Shown piece by piece: positions 24,144 through 35,460 of a DNA stretch of 43,884 bases. The position numbers were made by a program, and so were the translations under genes. The stretch lies in assembly GCF_001194135.2 (NCBI RefSeq), contig NC_069001.1, forward strand, positions 25,296,082 through 25,339,965, read 5' to 3'. Numbering within the stretch: the first letter of the stretch is position 1; each line of letters begins with the position of its first letter. The notes under the pieces are model-generated. The model searched no databases and was not told where the DNA came from. It saw nothing but the letters and a program-made list of their open reading frames with translations. The DNA comes from Octopus bimaculoides (Eukaryota).

Positions 24144-24364
24144 AATATCGGTCACAAATTTTAGCACAAGGCCAGCACTTTTGAAAGAGAAGCTGAGTCA
24201 ATTACATCGCCCTTCAGTGCCCAACTGGTGCTTATTTTAGCAACGTCGAAACGATGAGAAGTAAAGTTCACGTCGGCCGAATTTGAACTCAGAACTTTAA
24301 GACGAATGGAATAGCGCTAATCATTCCGCTCGGCGTCCTAACGATTTTTACAGCTCTCTGCCTT
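24144..24364 (-). mobile_element. SINE family A, near full-length (tandem dimer, unit 2)
   Basis: AATATCGG...GCACAAGGCCAGC tail, GAATTTGAACTCAGAAC B-box region, CAGCTCTCTGCCTT head end. Confidence 0.88.
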
Positions 24365-24379
24365 AATATGGGCAAATAT

Positions 24380-25060
24380 GATCTTCAATGATGTAGGTCA
24401 AGGACTTAATGGAATTAAGGAGAGGGATTGTAGTAATGAGAATGAATACAGTATTGGTGGTCATGGTGGTAGAGGTTATAGTATTGGTGTGAATGGGGAG
24501 ATGGTGATGGTGGTATTGGTAATAGTGGTAGTGTTGGCACACATGATGTTTGTGATAGCTACGCTGATAAAAAACATTTTGTGTGAAATATTGATGGCGG
24601 CGGTAGCATGGTTGTAAATGATACATGGCAGTGACGGAGGTTGTAGTTTTTCTAAGGTTCATGAACGTTTTGGAGGAGATGGCGTATGTGCTGGTTGCGG
24701 TGACAGTCTCAGTAGTGGTGAAACACTGATACAAGTTATGGCATTGATGGTGGCAATGTGTTGATGTTGACAGTGTTGTTACTATTGATTAGAGTGGTTA
24801 CGGTGATAGAGAGTGCGGCGATGAAAGGGTGGCGGGGCTGGTACATTGCTAAACGTGCTGGCATTGTAAATTATAATGCTTCTAGAAGGGAGCAAATGGC
24901 AAGTGTAATTTTACGTTACTTTGTATATTTGAATATTGTTGTCGTTTTTCAGGCAGTGGTTTGGTGGTGGTTTGGTGGTGGTGATCGTCTTGATAATAGT
25001 ATCGGTAGTGATGATGGTAATTGTGGTGTTGGTGTTGGTATTGGAGAGGGTAGGACTAAA
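24380..25060. repeat. Long degenerate GGT/GAT/GTT-rich low-complexity tract
   Basis: Strong G+T skew on the + strand with 3-nt periodicity. Confidence 0.8.
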
Positions 25061-26157
25061 TCGGTGGACGGTTAGCTTAAGTGGGCAGACAATAAACTGG
25101 AGGGCAAAGTATTTTACCATCAATTGATTGTTATCTATTAAAGACTCAGATTCACTAATGGTGTTCTTAGTCGTCTTATTTAAAATGAGCGTCGAAGGTG
25201 GGAAGACAGATGATAATTCTTGTGAGCGATAAACCAAAATAAGAAAAATAATAAAGAAGAGAGCAAGAAACGTCCTTCCTTAAGTGATTTCGCTTTCGGC
25301 TATAGGATGAAAAGTCATCAAATATGTCGCTTAAATCACTGAAAACTTACGTGATGAAACACTTTTTAATTCCATCTATTTATTTATTTACTAATTTCTA
25401 TATATATTTATTTATTTTGGTATTAGTTCATTTTTGTAGTTTATTTAATGAAATCTAATACTACTTTTTTTGTATTTTTGGCTCTTACTGCGAGGAAGAT
25501 GATGGATCGAATTTGAGAGATGTAGGCAATCGATTAATCTACTTATCTCTCTTCCTTCTAACCGTTACTCTCACCTCTTCTACCCCTTGCCTAAATATCT
25601 ATTGTTATGTGTCTATTTGCTTCTATACATGTGTGTCTATACATATAATCATACAGGAGTGTGTGTGTGTGTTCTGCGTGTTTGTGTCTTTCTACAGTCC
25701 TACTTAGATACGTACTGTTTACTTACCTGCCAAGCTTACTTTGCCCGCCAAACCAACACACCTTCTTACTGCTTTAGCTCTCTATATGTCTACCTCATTT
25801 CCTCTATATTCTTAGAGAGGAAAGTGAAGTGAAGTGAAGTATATAGTTAACATGCATGGTAAAGAATTCAGTGAATGAACCAACATTTCTTTTGCCGTCC
25901 ATAACAATTATATTTACATATGTGGGCCAAGAGTCACGCACAGTGATAAATTCAATACGCTCAGGAATTATCAGACAGGTTTCAATTTTCCTAAAATTCA
26001 ATAAAATAAATAAAATAACGATAAAGAAGACATATGCACCTGTACCTATTGAGCAAATCAAATACTAATAATAACAGAATGATATAAATAAAATATGAGA
26101 TAGCTTGGTGCGTGAGTTCTGGTCCATTCAGTATTTAATTTACATTATTGAATGACT

Positions 26158-26494
26158 TTGACAGGTAAGAACAATATAACTTCACGTTTACTCCACGACG
26201 TCGACCCTCATACGTAGACCAGGTTTCTCAAATGTTTTTACGATTGTAGGCTCCCAAATTGTCACAATATATACAATATAACTCTTAGCCTGTCTGTCCA
26301 AATCATAATCCTTACTATTAGTTGCCGGAATGATTCCCCAAGATGCCAATAATAATATATTACTTAAGAATGTCTTACTTAATGTATTGCTATTTGGGAG
26401 TCTGCAATCGTAAACATAGTTGAGAAACCTGATCTACGTATGAAGGTCGATTTCGTCGAGGTAAATATAAAGTTATACGTTTGTTACATGTCAA
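26158..26494. mobile_element. Fold-back/MITE-like element with ~100-bp imperfect terminal inverted repeats
   Basis: Arms 26158-26259 and 26392-26494 are reverse complements. The inner 59 bp match at 52 of 59 positions. The spacer is about 132 nt. No TSD seen. Confidence 0.7.
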
Positions 26495-26619
26495 CAATAT
26501 CTTCAATAGTGTAAATGATATACAGGATAGGCAAAAACTCATGCTCCAAAACATTTGTTATTTATATTACATTACTTAATGTATTATTTAATATGTGGGT
26601 AACCGTAACAGCTGCCATC

Positions 26620-26735
26620 TGGTTGGGTTGGAAGACCGTGGGTTAAGATTGCTTTGGGTACTCCTTCCATCACCCTGGGTTCAAGTTACATGATATCGAA
26701 CCTGCCTTTCGTCATTTTGGGTTTCATTAACTAAC
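26620..26735 (+). mobile_element. Highly decayed SINE-like head plus core fragment
   Basis: GGGTTCAAGTT is B-box-like and is followed by CCTGCCTTTCGTCATTTTGGG, which resembles the family A core. Confidence 0.3.
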
Positions 26736-27399
26736 GGTGTGTCGGGGTACTTGTTAGTACGTTAATCAAGATGGTTTGCCGTAACGGCTTCGATTGTTTT
26801 TGCTTTGATCTGAGAGTTCGCATAGGTATCGGTGTATAGGTCTAATCAGCCAAACATCGGAGTCCCCATGCCCTAACTACCTTTAGCCGGTGTAGCTAGG
26901 AAGACATACGACCAAAAATGAATAAACTGAGAACAACATATGAAGGCTTCATTCTCATCCTTATAACAAATAGCCGCTTTGAATGAGAAGATCATGAATA
27001 ATTTGTATTATTTACGTAACGGGAATTATTGTAGAAATCCGAGTAAATATCACCTCTGTAGGTCACCATGCGTACGTTACTATGGGGAACCATGTTATTC
27101 GCAGCTGGAGTAAAATTACAATTAAGCATTATGTAGAATTTTGCATGTAATACTGAATTCTTTAATGCAACAACTCGATCGGACATGATGTTATTTCTGA
27201 GGTCATTTTTAGTTTATATCTAACCGTGGTTACTTAATTAAGCAACGCAACTGGAGCTGCGTGTTAGATTTATTCTTACTGAAATTCGCATGATTATCAC
27301 ATCAAAATTCCGAGGTATTTTGGACAAAAAGCTCTATGGTATTTGTTTTTCTCATTGGAGACAGCAAAGTGGCAGAATTTCTAGAGATTAGGAATATAT

Positions 27400-27870
27400 C
27401 CTTTAAAATAATTCTTCCGACTCTACGTTCTAAGTTAAATTTTCTCCGAAGTCATCTTCGTCTTTCATCCACACTTAGTCAAGTACTTGAAGCGATATAA
27501 TGGATCATTCCCATCCTCGCATAATTTAGCTCCTTAAGCTTTATTTGGAAATAATTATTTTCTACTGGTTGATTCGGTTAGATCCTGCTTGTATATGATA
27601 CGCCTTTAACCCACTCTCATTCCTGTGTTTTCTAATATTCTATGGCCAGATGATGAATACAATCCTTCTTTTCATAAGAGGGTGGTGTGTATTTTGGCAA
27701 AGGTTTAGCTACATTCTCTTGTATTTCTAGCGATCACCTCTGCTCATCCATTATAGTTGTCCCTAGTGTTGTTATATTTGGAATCCAGTCAGCCACGATC
27801 AAGGACACTTATAATGAAACGCACTGCAGTCTGGTTATTCACTCTTTTTTCAGACACATTTTACATAGGA
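27400..27870 (-). mobile_element. Decayed CR1/L2-type LINE, RT C-terminal region
   Basis: The minus strand gives VAKPLPKYTPPSYEKKD (27712-27662, cf. LVRPHLEYASPVWSP..KKD) and LSVDERRR*LRRNL (27477-27436, cf. LSLEERRLRGDL) in the expected order. Matched by eye. Confidence 0.35.
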
Positions 27871-29259
27871 CTTAAATATAACATTTTTAAACGTATGGCA
27901 GTGCGATTTTCACGTTAATATATAGACGTAACGCTAATGGCTAGACATTTGTATATAATCCTATAAATTGCCCAATAAAAACAATGATGGTGCATGTGAC
28001 ACAATGTAAACACACAAATTATGTAGCATATATTAGATAATAAAATTATCTTTACGATTGAAAAGTTTCGCTCATGGTTAATTTCGTAAAGTGTACAAAA
28101 AGTGTTTGTTGGTAGGAAATGTTAGATAATGTTTATAGGAATATATTCTAAAAGGCAGATTTCGTATTATACACCATCAACCGTGACAAAAATTTCGAGA
28201 GAGCTGCTGGAACGGAAGACATTCACTAATACACAACTAGTTCTGAAATATATAGAATATAATTTTTAAACCATTACATATTTCCGCTTTTAATCAGAAT
28301 TACTTTTGTCTGTGATGACTCACTACTCATATGAAGCTCAAATTTTATAGAAACAAAGTTATTTTATATTCTTTAGAATGCTATTGAGAAAACAGGGAGC
28401 GATGCAGCTCAAGACATATCCCTGGAGAGCCAATAAACATGCCGACATATTTAAAATAGCAGACAGTATTTCCTGAATTTTTGTCTTGAGATAGTAGTAA
28501 TGCATTTGCTAAACTAGTCCGAGATATGTATGCATGTAAAATAAAACAGGATTGTCATGACCGGAACGTCTTTTGACCTAAAGCTGTTTGACCCAGGATT
28601 AATTTAATGGTAACAGCAACAATTTCGACAAGGACTGTGGAGGGCAAACTTTTCTATGACATACTTCATCATCTTAGAAAGTAATCAAATTTTAAAAATT
28701 TATAATTGCGATTCAGTACTGATGTCAAAGAACGCATATATGTTTGTATGTGTTGCATGTGTGTGTCTGTGAATGTGTGTGCGTGTGATTATGTGTGTGC
28801 GTGGGTGTGTGTATAAAGGCAAATGCAACATAAATACGGTTGATAAAATTACATCATTTTCCTTTTGTAAAATTCAGGTGTAAATTATTTGATACAAATC
28901 GGAATTTTGGATACTACCATCGTCCAGAGATTTGATGTTGGTGATTTAAACTTCAATGAATTCCAGGTAATTGTGATGTCAAGGAAGTTCAGCCAATTGA
29001 AATATTATGCATTAAGTATACAAAGCCACATCAGCAGATATATTGGATCCAGTAACTGAATTACTTACAAGCTTCAAGTCAGTGTTACTGTAATTAAATG
29101 CCTGCTATTCATTATTTTATAGAACATGAATTGAGTGAATGCTTCATTGAAAAATACCTTTTCGAGAGATCAGCAAAAATACTTAGAATCTTACATACAC
29201 GTGTGATGCACTTCATAGTGACGATTAGTGTCCGTATTACAGAGCAGTTCACTTCAGAT

Positions 29260-29358
29260 GTGCAATGTTATTTATCATATATCGCTGAGAGCCGATGTTA
29301 TCTATCATATATCACTGTTATGTTATCGTGCAATGTTATCTATCATATATCACTGAGA
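29260..29358. repeat. Three-copy minisatellite, 23-bp core ATGTTATYTATCATATATCRCTG
   Basis: Copies at 29260-29290, 29295-29317 and 29328-29358. Copies 1 and 3 match at 29 of 31 positions. Confidence 0.95.
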
Positions 29359-30244
29359 TACGTTCCAAAGCAAATTTTATGAGCACGTGTCAACATATCA
29401 CATGATCAACTTTTAAAAATTATATTCCATTTTCTCATATTCTTATAGAAATAGTTCGGAATTTTCAATGATTAGTTAGGGATCGGGTCATCCTTGTTTA
29501 TAAGAATAGTTTTGTGCCGGATATTAATGCTAATATGATTCAACTGCTAAGATATCAAGCTTGATGCTTGAATATAGTCAAGACTGTAGCTAACATGAAC
29601 GAGGATGTCAATTAAACGATGTAATCTTCCAAATCTCCATAGCCTAAAACTATCCTCTTCTCAAACAGCTAATGATAGTAAAAGCATACATTATGCTGCC
29701 CAGAAATTTGGATTCAACGGAGATATGACGGTTAGAAGAATAGATGAAAGCATTTATGTTCTATGCGAGCTATGTAAGCATTAGGCATAATAGAGGCAAT
29801 TATTTCCATCGTCTTTCCATTGCACAAGCTCCCAACATCCCTTATGGCATGCCATTTTAGTTCAAGTCCTTATAGTTACTAGCGGTACACCATTGATGAA
29901 TGGCAATCCAGTTTGAAGAACGGTGCCTCGAATCTGCCAAAACTGCACCACTATATCTGTATAACAATTAATTTTACGTTGGGAATTCACATGAATAGAA
30001 GGAAACATTATTTCAAGGAAGTAACAAATTCCAGAAAAAAATAATACTTTCTTTTCTAGATCTTTTGTCAAATGAAGCTCATTTCCGTTACAATAACTGT
30101 CATTGCAATTGTGTATGCATGCGTACATACAAACATACATAAACACGTACGTGCGTATGTATGTATGTATGTTAGATTGAAACTGACATTATTATAGAGT
30201 TCAAAAAGAATGTGCAATTTACGTCAGCAAGCTTAGATGTACAA

Positions 30245-30602
30245 TAATGTACTTTTACATATGTTCTATTGCAGACACTTTTCATGTGCCGTGTGATTCA
30301 CCTTAGTGCCTTGACTAGGATTAACATATCTGCATTAACTAGATCATTTATGTACTACACAAAACCTGTAGGCAGTGCGGTAGTAAATTTTTAGAGCTTA
30401 TAAAACTCCATTGATGTTTTATGTCGGTTCCATCCAGACTGGATAATACAATTCTCGATTTGTTAGATGATAAACTTTTATGTTATTATATTACGTATTA
30501 GTCGGCGTGGTGTCTTCATCGTAATTGTCGCAAGGGTGAAACGTACGTAGTAACTACTAATTTATATCCGTGTCTATCTTAATGTACTTTTACATATGTT
30601 CT
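30245..30602. repeat. Exact 23-bp direct repeat flanking a 312-bp segment
   Basis: TAATGTACTTTTACATATGTTCT at 30245-30267 and 30580-30602. Confidence 0.95.
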
Positions 30603-31384
30603 GAGTCTCATAACTAGCAACACTGTTACGTACAGAGGTAGATGACCACGTGCATGGAAACTGACTGAATAATGTTAATCTAATTGGAGCTCCAAATCAC
30701 ACATTGATAGTGCTCTAATCAACTTAACACACAAGTTAAATATATATATGATAACGTAGAATAGCGTACATTTGTGAGGAGAAGGTTAAAATAGAAAAAT
30801 ACCAAGAAACTACGTTCAGTTAGAAAGAATACAGTTGAATTGAGACAGAGAAATGTAACAACATACAAAATAAATGCCGCCTTTTATTCACTTCTTTATT
30901 CAGCTTGGAGGAAAGACAATATAATACAATTTCAAATACGCTTGTTTTTTTTTTTTGTTTTTTTTTTTTGAAACATATATTTGTCGTGTTTTTAAATATA
31001 TGCTACATACAAAGAAATATACGTCATGAAACACCACGACAAATCCCTTGGCAATTTTTTCTGAAAAAAGATTCAAATATGTCCTGTTTTTAATGGCAAT
31101 ATAATGCATAAGTATACGTCTCTCTTTGTCTTTGTATTGAGTTTAATTCAATGCAATTTGGGGAATTGGTAAAGAAACCTAGGAGACAAACAATAGTAGT
31201 AGTTATATTTTCCAAACAAAATCTAAAATCACATTTTAAAAACTTCAGCTCATGTCGCTGATATATTTATCACGTTTTGTTTTGTAGTTTCTCTTCAATT
31301 TTAAGTATATAACTGAAAAAAATTACGATTGTTTTCTATGCAAAAATGTTTTGCATGAATGAAAGCATTTAAACTAGAATTACA

Positions 31385-31560
31385 TGTATATGTGTGTGTG
31401 TGTGTGTGTGTGTATGTGTGTGTGTGTGTGTGTTTAAGTGCGTGTTTTCATGTCTGTGTATATTTGTGTAGGTGTATATATGTAAATGTATATACATATA
31501 TATTTGTTTGTATACCTATACATAAATATTCATACATACACACACATCTATATATACAAA
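31385..31560. repeat. (TG)n microsatellite and degenerate TA/CA tract
   Basis: Direct reading. Confidence 0.92.
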
Positions 31561-32097
31561 TATAAAACAAATATATCCACAAAACTTCAGTCTGCAGAAA
31601 ACACTAAAATGCTAACGACCGGCATGACAATAAAGAGAGGAATATTTCAATGGATTCCATCAACGTTAAATTGAAAATAACACTATCGTATTATACAGGT
31701 CACAAGGCAATATGTAACTTTACGTCAACAAGTTTACATGCACAATAAAATGATTCTTTTGCAGACATTTCTCTTTATTTATGTATGATATTTCAAATCT
31801 AGAAGAAAGAAAAATGATATTTAACGATTTAGCAATGTATTTCCTATTAGTTTTGATTCTAGCCGTTGGAATACCATCAACATCTTCTGCCTCTTTTATC
31901 TTTGTGGAATCGATAAATAAAGTACTCAACTACTAGGGGTGTCTCTTTTGAGTCTCGATAACCCCCTCTTTCTCTCCCTCTTTTCCTCTAAATCAGTTAA
32001 TTTGCGTCTTGTGGAGAGTAATTGGACGGCATGTGCACAGAAAAAGATTTGAGCGACTGCTCGATATATAGTGAAACATGGAAAAAACTATATTTCA

Positions 32098-32432
32098 AAT
32101 AATCCTTTCCACTATGAGTGAAAGGGCTGAAATTTGGTGGGGTAACACTAGCAGATTACATTGCCCAAGTACTCAACTGGGACTTAGTTTATCTTCAATG
32201 AAACGATGGAAGTAAATTCGAGTTCGGCGGCATTTGAAGTCAGATAGTGAAATCGGAATAAATATTACTCAATATTTTGAAGGAAGGGAAATTACCTTTG
32301 TTCGACACCGTATAAGATTGGTTATCCTAATATGCCGTAGTAGTTGAATATCCTTTCTGCTTTGGGCACAAAGCCTGAAATTTGGGAGAGAGATATAGTC
32401 GATCGCATCACCTATTTTATCGATCACGAAAG
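32098..32432 (-). mobile_element. Two decayed SINE family A fragments (32098-32280 and 32347-32432)
   Basis: Both begin on the + strand with AAT(A)TCCTTTC...GCCTGAAATTTGG, the tail shared with 2188 and 21211. The first extends to a GCATTTGAAGTCAG B-box remnant. Confidence 0.7.
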
Positions 32433-33189
32433 TATATATGTATGTATGTATGCATGTATGGATGAATGGATGGTTGTATGTATTTTTGTATGCGTGTTTA
32501 TATAAATGTTATTGCATATGCCTACATGATATAAACATTCAAATACATAAAAGCATTTAGTAAATAACATTAGCTAGTCCTCTTATCCCCATACATGGTT
32601 GTGTTCATGAGCGTACGTCTATGCGTGTACATTTAAATCCTAATACTTATGATGGATACGAAACCTATTGGAAAATAATTTACTAATTACTTACCCTTCG
32701 ATTAACACCCGAAAATAGCCAATAGATTGAGAATGCTAGATGGAATACCTTTCGATAGTTTTTCAATTTCGCTGTGACGAACGTTCATTTGCTGCCAACA
32801 AAAATGTCGTTTCTCATTTTTCTGTGGTTCTTAAGCAAAGAACAAGTAAAGAACTGGTGTTAATCACTATCTTTCTCTTCTTGATACTTTTTGCTTCTAT
32901 CAGTTAGGATTTGCTGGTAAAAGTTGCGGTGACGGTCACCGCACAATATTCCTCTTTTTCGAAAACAAGACTGGTTGATTCAAAAGTTACCACTTAGTGA
33001 AGAACAAAACGCATGGTTCTCGAGACACTCAAGAACGAAACAATGAGTTATACAGCACTAAAGTATTTTCTGGTCGCTGTTTTCGAGGTCTCTTATGACT
33101 TCTTGTCGTCGTGCAATTCTATTATTATGAATTTGAATTGGGAACTAGAGTCATACTGAATCTTAAATTAGCTTATTACACAACCATGT

Positions 33190-33460
33190 ACTCCACCCCT
33201 ATCGATGCGTTATACTTAGTCTATTGATAGAGCTTGGTGATTCTGGCCGTTCATCTAGGATTTCTCCGCTCAGCATCAGTGTAAGTAGTACTGTTGGCTC
33301 TTTAGTTACCTTTTCGCAATCTGCCATGCTGCTGTCCTATGACATTATCGTATCCGTAGCAAGGTTACGCGTTACCAAAGAGCAGTCCGTAGATTCGCCG
33401 GGCACGGCTGTCACTCCTTCAAGCATTTTCAAGATACTCGCGTACCCATATAATTAATGA
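33190..33460 (-). mobile_element. Possible decayed RTE-type LINE RT tail
   Basis: The minus strand gives LKMLEGVT (33432-33409, cf. LRRILGV), RLRKGN (33322-33305, cf. RLRW.GH) and MLSGEILDERP (33276-33244, cf. LL.GE...KRP) in order across frameshifts. Weak, matched by eye. Confidence 0.3.
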
Positions 33461-34685
33461 AGTAATATATGAACATAGTGCATTTATTAAAACTACTGAA
33501 CAACAGCATAATCGCGATTGTCATGCAGTTATTGGAGGAGAGTGTACTTTAATCACCATCATGTTTAGAAAGAGACAGTTTCTATTACATGAAAAAGTAG
33601 TCTTTTAGAAGTACAAGAATCTTGAAACCTCTTATTTAGCATTTTTTTCTATTTTACGAATCATCTTCGTTGAATAAATATATACATAAGATGACTATTT
33701 ACGTGGTCGATCGAACATATAGAATTGGAAATGAATTCCCGTTCAAGGTTCACCTTAAATTCATAGAAAATCGGACGCGCTAGATTATGTCTAGTGAGTT
33801 ACACAGTACTTGAAGAAAGAAGAGATATCACATAATACTACGGCTGATCATATGTCAACTTGATCAGGAGCGACATGTCGCTAAACAATAGAAACTCAAA
33901 TAGTTCTTAAGGGACATTCTTGGTGAAGATTTATCGAATTTACTTATAACCTTAGGCTGAGAGTTCCATTTTAGAAAGATACCTTTGCGTATGGCAAAGG
34001 GCTGTGTGTCTTATGACCCTGTAGTAACAAAGTATTTGCTGGCAGTATATCAATGTTCCTTGCCAAAATCGAGAGCAGACGAACAGAATGCAGTGAAACT
34101 TAGGTTGTATTAGGATTTATTTATTATATCACATATATAATAAAGCATTAGTGTCTTTTTGAAATACTAAATTCACTTTATTTTGACACTAAATTATCTG
34201 TTTGTTCCTGGTTTAGGAACGTACGTCAATTCATTTATCGACTATCTATAGTTACATTTCGTTCTCTGTCTCGCTCTACCCATTGTATGTGTATAGTTAT
34301 CTATATTCTTACACATATTCGTGCGTGTGCGCATAAATATATGCATACATGCATGTATAAATGTATGATGTACATGGGTATGTATGTGTGTTATGTATTT
34401 ATATTTCTATACCTACTGAATTATATTCCTCATAGAAACGATCAATAAAGGTCTTGCAACAATGTAAGAGTGCAAAGGTTACTAGCTTAATATTTGTAAA
34501 AGGACTGTATTTACGCCTGACCAGCATTTAAAATATATTTAGTCAGTTCTACGAAAAGAGGCAACAAGTCTTTATCGAAATAGTTTCTCGACCAGCCTCG
34601 TAATGCGCCAGCGAGTGGTTTAATGCGTAAGTGCTGCTGCAAATATTAGTACCAACCTATATAAAATCACTTATAAATGTATTCA

Positions 34686-34716
34686 TCTATATCTATCTAT
34701 CTATCTATCTATCTAT

Positions 34717-34767
<51 letters not shown>

Positions 34768-34815
34768 CTTGGAGGCAGTATATATATATATACATACATA
34801 CATACATACATATAA
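34686..34815. repeat. (TATC)n-(TA)n-(TACA)n compound microsatellite
   Basis: Direct reading. Confidence 0.95.
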
Positions 34816-35076
34816 ATATATTTGAAGATAAGCAACAAACATTCAATAGGTTATAGCAGTACGTACGTTTCGTACAAGCTCCATTTATTCATGTAGTGAG
34901 AACACCACAGAATGTACAATGAAAATGTACTCTTCAGCTGCATAATGGAATTTCATTTTAGAAAGTCATTTTGAAGATGTTTGCAAAAAACAAGAGTAAG
35001 AGAAGAAAACATACCATCTCGACTATGATGCTGTACCACAGACAAGTTGAACAGCAGCATAGTCGAGAATGTTAGC

Positions 35077-35460
35077 AGGCGCAGGCGTGGTTTTGTGGCA
35101 AGAGGTTTGCTGCCAAACCACAGGTTTCCTGGTTTGTACCTACACGAAATGTGTTCTAATATGGCTACAGACCGACCAAAACCTTCTGAATGGATTTGTT
35201 AGGCGGAAATTGAAAGAAGCCTGTCGAATGTGTGTGTGTTTGTGTTTGCATGTGTATTGAGTGTGCTTGTGCTCCACATCCGCTTCACAACCGATTTGGG
35301 GATGTCTAAGTCCTTGCAAATTAACGATTCGCGAAATAGACCGATAGAATAGGTAATAGGCTTTCAAAAATATATGTACCTAGCACGATCCATTCAACTA
35401 AACAAAATTTCTTGGCTTGGTGTCGTGGTCTAACAACTGAAACAGATACAAAAGAAAAAC
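35077..35460 (+). mobile_element. SINE family B, decayed near-full copy
   Basis: Head AGGCGCAGGCGTGG, core GACCGACCAAAACCTTCTGAATGGATTTGTTAGGCGGAAATTGAAAGAAGCCTGTCG, a (TG)n tract, and 3' part GACCGATAGAATAGGTA...AACTGAAACAG. Confidence 0.85.

Noticed and set aside
24363-25237. Mucin-like Thr/His-rich and Gly/Val-rich ORFs
   Set aside because: They are open on both strands and in several frames because of trinucleotide low complexity, which is not evidence of coding.
29260-29358. CRISPR-like repeat-spacer pattern
   Set aside because: Spacers are only 4-10 nt and partly repeat-derived, the context is eukaryotic, and there are no cas genes.
32996-33056. Hairpin followed by GAAAC...GUU, hammerhead-like 3' half
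   Set aside because: There is no CUGANGA adjacent to the hairpin's 5' side.
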